A stretch of 64,000 nucleotides of DNA. Source: Paraspadella gotoi. Taxonomy: Eukaryota; Animalia; Chaetognatha. The notes below the pieces were generated by a model. It ran no database searches. It was given only the letters and a program-made list of their open reading frames with translations, and had not been told where the DNA came from. Position numbers and translations under genes: made by a program. Location of the stretch: NCBI GenBank assembly GCA_051294375.1, contig CM119269.1:11328883-11392882 (forward strand), written 5' to 3'. This document shows positions 13,366 to 25,290 of this stretch, piece by piece (the stretch's first letter is position 1; every line of letters begins with the position of its first letter).

Positions 13366-14610
13366 TTTTTATCGAGACAGACCGGGCGAAGCCGGTCCTG
13401 TCTCTATAATAATTCGCTTTCGCTTCTTTGTGTCGTAGTCGTCGTCGTCGTCGTCGTCTTGACTTGACTTGAAAGGCATTCGTCGTCGTCGTCGTCTGCG
13501 TCACGCTTTTTTGCAATCATGGCTTTTAAAAGTATGATATCATAGGAAGTTGAAAATTTTATATGGCTCTAATCATTAAATCTTTAAAATTCCCATGTTC
13601 ATATCAATATTTCCTATTGTTTATGTTTTATTTACAAAACAAAACCTTTTAATTATATGTCTCTTTCCCTCTCTCTTCTTTTAAATTATATGTCGCTCTC
13701 TCTCTCTTCTCTTTTTCTCAGTCACTGCTCTTCTGATTTGTCTAAAAACGAGTTCTGGCTCTTCAGCGTCATGCAGCGTCGTCCAGCTTCTCTTTTTCTC
13801 TCTCTTCTCTCTCTCTCTCTCTCTTTTTTTTAACAAAAAAAATTGTATATATTATATATATATATATATTAGAACCCACCATATTGAAGACGACGCCGTC
13901 AGCAGTTTACTATCCGGTCCCTCTTTTTTTTCTTCTTATTCCGCTTTTCTTGTAAGAATCACCACGGCGCGAACCAGAGTCCTTCACATTGAGGAGTTCG
14001 CGCTACCTCGGGCGCCCATAGGTACTTTAACTTATTATTTGGACGAGTAAAAGGGTTGTTGAGCTTCTCTCTCTCTCTCTTAATAATATGTCATTCTCTC
14101 TCTCTCTCTCTCTCTCTCTTTTTCTCCGTCGCTGCTGCTTCTGATTCCAGCGGCTGTCAGGCTTTCTCTCTATCTCTCTTTTAATTATATGTCGCTCTCT
14201 CTTTCTCTCTTTTTTTCTTCTGAATAGGGGTAGCCCCCTCTCAATCGGGTGAGTCAAAATTTAGTATAAGGAACATGCTCAAACGAAAAATTATTTGCAT
14301 TTTAAGTATACTTTCAATGTACAAAAAATTTCTTATATGGCTCTATACCCAAATATTTATTTTTTAATATTTATTTATAGAAAGGAAAAGAGCTTGGCCC
14401 TACTCAGATTTGTCAAAAAACGAGTTCAGCTCTGCAAGCAGCGTCCAGCGGCTGTCCAGATTCTCTTTATCTCTCTTTCTCTCTCTCTCATCTCTCTCTC
14501 CCTCTCTTTCTTTCTCTCTCTCTCTGATTATTTTCTTCTGAATAGGGTAGCCCCTCTCAAATAGGTGAGTCAAAAATTTAGTATGAGAACATGAATCTCG
14601 TCTCTTTTTT
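13366..14610 (+). mobile_element. HINE family B, 5' part, truncated at N gap
   Basis: TTTTT + ATCGAGACAG-ACCGGGCGAAGCCGGTC-CTGTCTCTAT hairpin (13371-13407), then (GTC)n. Near-identical to 27711-28890. Confidence 0.7.
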
Positions 14611-14635
14611 NNNNNNNNNNNNNNNNNNNNNNNNN
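14611..14635. other. Assembly gap (25 N)
   Basis: Run of N. Confidence 1.
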
Positions 14636-15599
14636 AGAGAGACGAGAACAGTGAGCAGAGAGACAACAGAACATTAAAGATAGAATAAAGGATATTGTTT
14701 GTGTCGTTGATAAAATGTACGAAAGCATATTTAAGTAACTGTCCTATCCAAACCCAATTTTAGGATCGTTGATGATAAGTTGAATATTAATTTAAAATTA
14801 TTATTACATATTAAAATTAATTAATTAATTAATTAACTTAATCGATTAATTAATTAATTATTAATTAGTCGTAGGCAAGATTCCCCGACATTGTTTGGTC
14901 ATCAACCTTCGGTTAAAAGAATGCCTAACTTAACGAGTTTTGGGAAGAAGATATTTTTTAAAGAATGTAATTAAGTAATTTAGGTGAATATGCCTTAAAA
15001 AATTCAATGGGTTCTGATACAGTTCTTATCAAATATCTAGCGCAGAGGCATAAGCTTAATTTAAGACTTCTCCCACCTTTCTACGGAATTTTTGTTATTG
15101 AAGTTATAAGTGAATAATGCATAATTATAAAACAAGTTTTGAGCAACAATGTCGGATCCTGCCTACGATTAATTAATTAATTGAATTAATTTAATGCCGA
15201 TTAATTATTAATTAATTAATATGTAATATTAATTTTATTTCATATTCAGAACTTATCATCATCGATGTCCTAAAATTGGGTTTAGGACAGTAATAAATAT
15301 GTTTTGTTTAATTTTTTATCAAAACAAACAAATATCTCTATTTTATTTTATGTCTCCTTCCTCTCTGCTCATCTCTACTCACGTCTATCTCCTCTCTCTC
15401 TCTCTCTCTCCTCGTCAATCTCAAGTCCTCTTCTCTTTTTCTTTCTGATTGCGACGATGCTTAATGCTTTTCAAGATTTTTTTTAACTTAGCATCATTTT
15501 TTCAGCATTAGATTAATTAATTAATGTCATCGTGATTAATTAAAACATTTATTAGGTAGATCATTAATAATTAAAGATTCAAGTAAATGTGACTCTATG

Positions 15600-18515
15600 T
15601 TTTTTTCCTATTAAACTCATTTCCCCTGGCACAATTCCGTCATACTTTTGTCATTTGTTGATATATTATAAATATTTAAAAGCTTCAGTGAACAACCCAA
15701 TAACTAATTCAAAAAGTTACATTGAAAATCGATTTAGCTAGCAAGGAAAAAATAAATTTTAAAGAGAACTAGAAGTTATAAAAAAGTGTTTCAATTTTGG
15801 CCCGCCAGCTTACTAGATATATTGCATGTGATTAAACAATGTTATCGGAATAATAATTTATCATTTATGTATTTTGTAGTATTTAATTATTTTTATTCAG
15901 TGAGTAAATAACATTTATATTCACTAATTTTTATTTCGGGACTTCTCTCTCTCTTTCTATCTTTCTCTCTCTCTCTCTCTCCTCCTCTCTCTCTCTCTCT
16001 CCTCTCTTCTCTCTCTCATCCGTCTCTCTTCTCTCTCTTTCAATTGCATCACGATCCTTATGCTTCTTTTCTGCTCTCTCATCTCTCTCTCTCTCTCTTT
16101 GCAATTGCGACGATCCTTATGCTAATTTTCTGTACTTGTATCATTTCTCAAGTAAATGTGACTATGTTTTTTTTTTCATTTAAACTCATTTCCACTGGCA
16201 CCAATTCCCGTCAAAACTTTATATCTAGCCCTTTTCACACAGCTTTCCTACCCGCTCACAAAATTTTCATCTCCAATCTATTATGGGTTAAAATCAAGTA
16301 AAAAGATCAAGTAAATGTGACTCTATTTTGTTTCATTTAAACTCATTTCCACTTGTTACGTTTCCACCGAAACTTTTATCATCAAGCATCGAGTACACAT
16401 TTTTCTACCCACACCAAAAAATTTAACTCAATCTATCCATCCAATTATGATTAATTAGTACTTATTGGTAAAAATAATTAAAAATATTTTCAGTAAACTG
16501 CGAACTTATTTCCTCTTAGAACTCACACGATTCGTCGAAACATTATATCCAGCTTTTATACAGACTTCTACCCACACACAAAATTCTTCTCCGAAACTCC
16601 AACCAGCCAATCAAAGCTTATTGCGAGCTTTTTGCTAAGGTGGGACGGGATGCACGGATGATTGACTGGATTAATTACATTATTGATTAATCTAATTACA
16701 CTAATTGAATATTAAGCTGATTTAATTTATTTGATTTATTAATACATCCTGCATATCATTAATATAAAAAGGAAAAAGAAGTCATAATCAATTAGTGAAA
16801 CAGTTTTTTGTTTTTTTCCATTTTAAACTCATTTCCACTCAAAAGATTCCATCGAAACTTGGTTTCCTGTTTCCAATCACACACTTTACTACCACATACA
16901 AAATTCCAGGTCAATCGATAATAAGTTGGTAATAAGCTAACTTGTTCAACTTGCATAATTTAGATCAACTTGCATAATTTTGCGTCAACTGACTTATTTG
17001 TTTAACTTAAAAAAAAACCATTTACAAACATTTTGGTCATCTACTGACATAATCTTGGGTCAACTACCATAATTTGATCAATTAGCATAATTTGGTCTCA
17101 CACCGGCTAATCTTGGTCAACTGGCATAATGTTTATCACACTGGCCTAATTTGTCAACAGCATTAATTTGCTCGTCAACTTGCAATTTGTTCAACTTCGC
17201 GCATGATTTGACGTCAACAGGCCATAATTATTGGGTTCAACAGGCATATTGCTCAATCTTGCGACTTTTGATCAAACGTTGCCAGAATTTGGTCAACTGG
17301 CATAATTTGCGTCAACTTAAGAACTTTGCTCAACTGCATATTTTGTGTCCTTATTGCAAGTAATTTGGTCCAGTCAATCAATCAATCAATCAATCACATC
17401 AATCAATAAAATCAATCATTCAGAGATGAGATAGAGAGAGAGAGAAACTTTAAAAAAATCAAATAAATGTGTCTTGTTGGTTTTCTAATTTTGAACTCTT
17501 TTCACCCTACGGATTCCATCAAAAAATTTATTATCAGCTTTATCACATACTTTAAAAAATATGGACTTTTTTTTCCTTTTTCTACTCGATTCCACTCGAC
17601 GATTTCCATCGAAATTTTATATCCAGCTCAATCACACACTTCCCCTTCCCGATCATACTAAATTTCAAGTTAATTGCCTTATCCACTTCATAAGCAATTG
17701 GCTTCAAATAGTGAAATATATTTTTTTTTGTTTTTCCATTTAAACCAACTTTCCACTCACATCGATTCCCTCGAACTTTCATATCCATCTCAATCACACA
17801 GTTCCTACCAAACACACAAATTCCATTTCGATTTATCTATCCAATTTTTTAATAAACATAATAATTATGGAGTAAATTTAAGTAAAAACTACTTTCAAGT
17901 AAATATGACGTTTTTTTTCCTTGTTTACTCATTTCAAAACTCGCACGATTCCATCGAAACTTTATACTCTAGCTCAATCACACACCTTCCGCCTACCATC
18001 ATACTATAATTTCAAAGTCAATGCTCCTATCACTCATAAGCAAGTTGGCGTTCAATAGCTGACAAATATATTTTGTTTTTTCGCCATTTAAACCAATTTC
18101 CACTCGCACGATTCCCTCGAAACTTCATATCCATTCTCCATCAACAGTTTCCTACCAACACACAAAACTTTCATACCAATCCATCCCATACAATCCACGA
18201 TAATTCGGAGTTTTGCTAAGGTGGGACGGACGGACTGACGGGACGGAACGGACGGACGGACGGCGGCACGGACGGACGGACGGACGGACGACGGAGGACG
18301 GGACGGACGGAACGGACGGACGATCCTCGGCCACGGACGGACGACGGACGGACAGACAGACGGACGGTACGGACATCTTTTTGCATAATTTATCATAATT
18401 CGATGTTCTGACATGATATAAGTGTGTGCCCGACAATATTTTGAGGGGGCGGACCGTACGCGACGACAAACGTGAGTTTATAGAGTCGGGATCTGCTATA
18501 AGCAGATCGACTAAA
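15600..18515 (-). mobile_element. DINE-1/HINE-like element, family C, with (GTCC)n microsatellite and ~165-bp internal tandem repeats
   Basis: Terminal hairpin AGTCGGGATCTGCT-ATA-AGCAGATCGACT (18484-18512) and (GGAC)n at 18225-18370. The unit aaactcatttccactcgcacgattccatcgaaactttatatccagc..cacacac..cctacc recurs at ~15610, 16180, 16340, 16520, 16825, 17495, 17580, 17745, 17925 and 18090. The sequence is error-rich. Confidence 0.6.
16940..17370. repeat. Degenerate ~19-bp tandem array (caactggcataatttggt-like)
   Basis: caact(t/g)gcataattt recurs throughout; it is a reverse-complement relative of the 24910 array. Confidence 0.75.
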
Positions 18516-19469
18516 ACCTGCTTTATGAATTTTTACTGACTTACCACATTTAAGTGTCTCATGATATACTTTAAGATTTCATAGGTCTTTAGAGATGGCA
18601 CTTTTTGTTTCTTCACATCTCTCTGCCCTACCGTGGCATGTTAAAAAATCTTAGAAAGCAATAGGTGATGAGCCTGCTTTTGATGATAACCAAATATGAT
18701 GCGGATGATCAACAAATATTGATGCGATGATAACCAAAGGCATTGATGCGATTGTATAACCAAATGATGGATTGCGGATATACCTTCATTGATGCGATGG
18801 ATAATCATTATTGATGCGATGGATAGTCATTCATTGATTGCTATGATAGTATCATTGATGCGATGTTACTGTCATTCATTGACGCTGATGAGTTAGATTA
18901 GAGAGAGAGAAAAAGAGAAGAGAAGACTAGAGAGAGAGAGAGATGAGAGAGAGAGAAGTTTGATGAGAGAGACAATATAGAGAGAATAATAAAATAATAA
19001 TAAAAGTTTTTAGAAGGAAAAATAAAAATCCCACGAAAATCTTGGAATAAATTTGGGATTTCTGTATAGAAAAATAGTGGCTGATAAAAATAAAATTATT
19101 TTATTAGGTGAGATTAAGCATCAAAAGACATTACTTTCTATTTTTTTTCAATAGAAATAAGACTTGAAGTCTTGTGTATCATCTAGTTCAAAATGAGGTT
19201 AAAAACCTTTTTATTTTTGCATATTATTGGAAAATGAATGAGATTGATACTTGTATTTTATGAAATGAAAACTCGTCGCTATAAAGACCTAACTGATTTC
19301 AATAAGAACGGTCAAAAATATTTTACATCTCTATTAACAAATATATAGTTGACAATAATCAGGTGAACGATTGATATTTTTGACTTCCACAAATATTTTT
19401 TTTACTTATTCCTTCATCTTAAAAAATATTAATCTTGAATGAAATTTTTAGATTGTTATATTTGTACTA

Positions 19470-20620
19470 TCCCGACTCTTATAACTCACTTTGCTCGCGG
19501 TCCTCGGTCCCACCTCAATATTGTCTGGGCACACACTCTATATCAATGTCAGAACATCGATTATGTTAATTATTGCAAAAAAGATTGATGTCCGTCCGTC
19601 CGTCTGTCTGTGCTGTCTTGTCTGTCTGTCTGTCTAGTCTGTCGTCCGTCCGTTCCATTCGTCTGTCCGTCGCTCCGTGCTCGTCCGTACCCACCTTGGC
19701 AAAAACACCAATTACTCAGTATATTGATGGATGGATTTAAATTAATTTTGGTGTGAGGTAGGTAGTGTGTGATTGGAGCTGGATATGAGTTTCGATGGGA
19801 ATCTCTCCCGAGTGGAAATGAGTTTAAACTGTGGAAAAAACAAAAATAAAAATATTTCTTATATTTTAACACAATTGACTCATGGTGGATGGGCTTATTG
19901 ACCTGGAATTTTTTTCATCGTGGTAGGATATGGTGTGTGATGTAACAGATCAAGTTCGATGAATAGCTCTCTGAGTAAAAATGAGTTTAAATGGAAAAAA
20001 ACAAAAACACCTTTTTACTATTGATTATGTTCGCTTTTTCTTTTTATATTAATGTATTATTAGTATTCGTTTATTAATATTCTCTCAAATAATTAATCAA
20101 TTAATTAATCAATTAGTGAATAAATTATCAATATTAATTATTAGTCCATAAATCGTCCATCCGTCCCATCTAGCAAAAAGCTCCAATAACTCGTGATGGC
20201 TGTTGGATTGGAATTAAATTCTTGACTGTGTGAGTAGGAAAGGTGTATAAGCTGGATATAAAGTTTCGATGGAATCGTAGTTGAGTGGAAATTAGTTTAA
20301 ATTTAAAAAAACATGAGTCGAATTTTACGTAAAATCCTTTTTACTTATTTTAACAATAATACTCTAATTAATCAATAATTGGATGGTAGATTGAGTTGAA
20401 ATTTTGTGTGTGCGGTAGGGAAAATGATCTCTCTCATATAAAGTTTCATTGCGAAACGTACCATGGAAAACTGGTTTAAATGAAATAAGATTATGAGCTC
20501 ATTTACTTGAATCTTCTTATTTCATTTACCAATGATAGATTGAAATGAAATTTTGGAGCGCTAGTAGGAAGTGAGTGAAGAAGCTAGATATACAAAGTTT
20601 TGCGGTATGCAAGTTGAAAA
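19470..20620 (+). mobile_element. Second family C copy in opposite orientation
   Basis: 19470-19710 is the reverse complement of 18205-18490 (core + GTCC/GTCT repeat). It is followed by reverse-complement ~165-bp units at ~19750, 19910, 20225, 20400 and 20550. Confidence 0.6.
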
Positions 20621-23600
20621 ATGATGCAAGTTGAAAAAATGATGCAAGTTAAAATCTTCATAAAACACATAAGGATCGTCGCTATTGCATAAAAAGAGAG
20701 AGGAGAAAGAGAGTAGCGTAGAGAGACGAGACGAGAGTTTGATGTGAGGAAAGAGAGAGATGTCGAGGATGAGAGAGAGAGAAGAGCAGAGTGAGGAGAG
20801 AGCAGAGGAGAGAAGGACAGTCATAAAATAAAAAAAAATTCTTCAAAAGACTCAGATCGCAGCCAGAGCACCACCTATCAAAGAAAATGTAATGAACCTC
20901 CGGGGGAAAAAAAACGACATGAATCAACCTGCGATAACGAATTCATTTTTGAAAATGTCAATAGTACATTGATTGAAGGTAATTACTAATTTGTTTGATG
21001 CTGAATAGTAAACTCTACTTATTGTAATAGGATTTGATTATTGATTCGTATGACTAAATCTTATTGATGCGCTGATGTCATTCATGGCCTGTGATGATAG
21101 TCTTTTCACTGATGCGATTGATTGTCATTTCATTATGCGATGATAGTCAATTAAACAACAAATGCGTGTATGAGTGAAAGACGAGGAGAGAGAGGAGAGA
21201 GATAGACGAGAGAGAGAGAGGAGGAAAGGACAGAGAATAAATCCACGAAAATCCTCGGATGAACAATAGGATATTGTGTATTGGTAAATAAAGGCGCGGA
21301 ATAACTGTAATAATATAAAAAGAGGTTTAGAAGGAAAAAATAATTCAGAAAATTTTTTCAAAAAACAAACGATCAACGGCAAGAGATCGGACAGCATGAG
21401 GGTACAGGACACTACCACAGAGAGGAAAAAGAGAGAGAGAGACAGCCGCTGCAGAGAAAAAGAGTAGAGAGAAAGCATGCGCACTATGAATAATAATTAA
21501 AAGAGAGAGAGATACGAGAGAAGCTCTACAGCCCCGTATACTCCACTTTTAACCGAATCAGCGTCCGGATCCGTACCGTGAGCTCGTTCTCTACCCTAAG
21601 GACCCGGAGTTTCGCCGCACCCTGCTTCGCCCGGCAATCTTTTTTCAACTATTAGTGAGCCCACATGGAATCTAAAATTTTTTTGTAAAAAAAAAAAAAA
21701 AAAAGAGAAGAGAGACCGAGAGAGAGAGAGAGAGAGAGAACAGAAGCTGGGACAGACGCTGCAGGCCGGAACTCGTTTTTATTACAAATACAGTGGAAGA
21801 CAGAAGCGATGCTAGTGAGTACGGAGAACAAAGACGACGAGAGAGAAGAGCGCCAATATTTAACAAGAAAGAGAGAGAGAGAGCACATATTATTAAAAAC
21901 GTTTTTGTTTTCGTAAATAAAAAACATAAACAAATACGAATTTATTTGAAAAATTGAGAATTTTTACTAAGACTCTTGCTCTTAGAATGCCAATATATGA
22001 AATTTCAACTCCCTATGATATCACACTTTCAGAACCATCGATTGCCAAAAAAGCGCTGGCCAAACAATAGCGTAAACCTGAATCAAACATCTATCCCAGG
22101 CGGGCTTTGCCCGCCCTGGGCGCGTTCGATAATGGCAGTGGATATCTTTTGTTTCTGTACTGAAAATGTAAAACCAAAAACATTTTGACATAACTGTCCT
22201 TGACTCAATTTTTAAGGACATCGATGATGCACAAGAATGAATAAATTATATTATTATTAAAATTAATTGAATAAATTAATCTCATTCATTAATGATATTT
22301 CCATTAATTAATCTATTAATTAATTAATTATCGTAGGCCAGATCCGACATTGTAGTTGCTCTCAATTACTTATGTTTTTCCATATATTATTGAAACATTA
22401 TTCCCATCCATTTAATACACATATAAGCATTCTTGTCTCTGCACTTTGACAGGCTTTGGTGGTTTAATCGGCCCTCCATCCACACTTGCAGATATAACAT
22501 AAAACAGGTTCTGCAAGCTTTTAATCAGCCTCTCTCACAGACTTGTTTATTCCACTCCCAGTGTGACCTGGCTTCCCTATCAATGAAGTGGTATAATATT
22601 TCAAAGAATGTTTCAATTGTATGAAAGATCGCGCAATTGCCGGCAAGTATACGCAGGTATCGACACTACCTGTACACAAGTGATGTACATGTGACATAGC
22701 CTGGCACTTTATATAGTTATTCTTCTCTTTTTTCTCAAATTGAATCACGAAAATCTGGATAGCTAAATTTTGGCGGATTTTTGTATTGAGAAAAAAAATA
22801 CGAATTGGTGCGATAAAAAGTTTTTAGAAGGAAAAAAACTAATATATTATTTTTCAAAAACACGAACGATAACGGCAAGAGATTCGTACAAGAGAGAGAC
22901 CAGACGCACACAGAGAGAGACGAGAGAGACTCGAGAGAGACTGAGAAAACCCTGAACTCGTTGTTAACGATTCAGAAAAGGCGCGCCTGAAAAAATATAG
23001 TATATAATTAAAAATAATCAAAAGAAAGGCAAAAATGTTTTACAATGGTTTACAATTAAAAATTTTCCAATTTGTCCAATCGCAGCTTGTGTAGAAAGCA
23101 TTTTATTTTTATTTGTATTAAAAAAAGTATATACGCTTCTCTATTAAAGAAGTTATTTTGATTTTAGTTATAGACTCTTAACAAAAATTTTGATTTTCAT
23201 CTTCAATATAACTCACCTCAATATGTAAATTAGATTAAAGCATTTCTATATTTCTAATTTGGGATATTATAATGCAGTACTATAATCTCATTTTGCAAAT
23301 CTCCAGTCAATTCATATGAAGTAGAAATTCAAACAAAAAATTCAAACAAAAATGTAAAATAAAATATCACAGCTATTTCAAGATGAGAAGCCATATCTAA
23401 ATTTTTAACGTTACTTGATGGGCCAGTTGGCAGGCACACTTTTATAATACTTCTTGTAATTCATAATAATTTTTATTTAAAAAAAAACGTAAGTCCAGCC
23501 AAAACTAAAAATCACCAAATCCTGTATATAAACAGCGCGAGTAGTTTTGTATATAAAAACAGCGTTGACGCCGACGACGACGACTGACTCGACGACGAAC

Positions 23601-24909
23601 TACGTCACAAAAGGTAGCAATTCCTAAAACAATTATAGAGCGGTGAACCGGCTTCGCCGTCACATGGCCTCGCTAAAAATGATACAAGTTTGAAAAAAAA
23701 TGATCGTGACTGTTAAAACAATGATACAAGTGTAAAAAAACTGATGTGAAGTGAAAAAGTAATCTACCTTTATTATCATTTATTATTAGGTCACTTACAT
23801 TACCGCCATAAATTTATCGTGTGGCAGATCCGCACCATTGTGTTGCTCAAACCTTGTTCTGTATCCGAAATTCTGAAGTGGAAAAACAAAATTCAAAAAC
23901 ACACTTTTATGCCTGCCGGTCTCCGCTTGATGATATAGGTATACTTTCAACGCTCTGTAACTTTCGTTCCCAGATTGCCTATTCAGGCACAACTACCAGG
24001 AACCTGGAAGGAGCCTAATTGTACACTAAAAACTATCTAGTTATTCATAATTCCATTTAGGAAACAAGAACTGTTGAGTCTGGTCACCTGTCACTAATTT
24101 ATGTCACAAAATCATTATCATTAACATTCATCATCTTTTCACAATCAAAGATACCGCGAGGAACACCTCTTCCGTTCCTTCAAACTTCTTTCTCCTTTCT
24201 TCGAGCGTACAGAAAATCGATTATTCAAGTCTTTGTCCATTGAATAAGAAGGAAACACAGAACACAAAAAGTGTTAACAAAGGTTTTGATGGTCAATTAT
24301 TATGTGCATATGGAAAATGTTTACATACAATTAAAAAAAATTCTTAAAAGCTATGTGATTCTCGCCATTTTTTACTATGCAAAGAAAATTACCCATAATC
24401 TTAATTTACATATTGCAGTAAATCCATAATTAAATGGAAACTTCAAACAAAAACAATATTTTATCGGATATGAAACAAAGAAAATTGACACACATTTAAA
24501 CTTCCTCACGTGCCTCACCTAATGAAACTCGGTAACTGTAGATAGTAAAAAGTCGAAAAATGACTGCCAAGTTAATAAAAATTATGTAAGTTAAAAATTA
24601 CTGCACGTATAAAAATTTCACTAATACTTTACAAAGGGAGTTGGTGCTTTTCAGTACAATTAAACCGTTTTTGAAATATTTTCCACCTTCTATGATAGAA
24701 AAGCCAGGTACTCTGGGAAATTGAGATAAACGGACTTTGAGAGAGTTCCTTGACTTGAAAGCTTTACATGGACCTGCTATGACATTATTTCTGTAACATG
24801 TTGATGGAGGCTTTAAACCACCAAAGCCTGGTCCAAGTCAGAGGCAAGATAGCTTATTTATTAAATGAATGGATTAATTTTTATATTGGTAGGTGTTTAC
24901 CAATTTCAT

Positions 24910-25290
24910 AAAAAATTATGCAAGTTGAAAAAATTATGCAAGTTGAAAAAAATTTGCAAGTTAAAAAAATTATGCAAGTTAAAAAAATTATGCCAATTGA
25001 AAAGATTATGCTAGTTGAAAAAATTATGCAAGTAAAAAAATATGCTCTTGCAATTGAAAAAGTATACAAGGCGTTGAAAAAATTATGCAAGCTAAAAATA
25101 ATGCAAGTTGCAAAAAAAACTTATCTGCAAATCAAAAATTGCGTAGTGAAAAAATTAAGCAAGTTGAAAAATTTATGCAATCTAAAAATTATGCAATGGT
25201 AAAAAAATTATGCAAGTTAAAAAATTTATTGCAAGTAAAAACTATATGCAATAACAAAATTATTGCAAGTTTAAAAAAGTATGCAAGTTG
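24910..25290. repeat. 18-bp tandem array (AAAAAATTATGCAAGTTG)
   Basis: About 20 degenerate copies; produces the MQVEKI pseudo-ORF. Short versions lie at ~20605 and ~23685. Confidence 0.85.
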
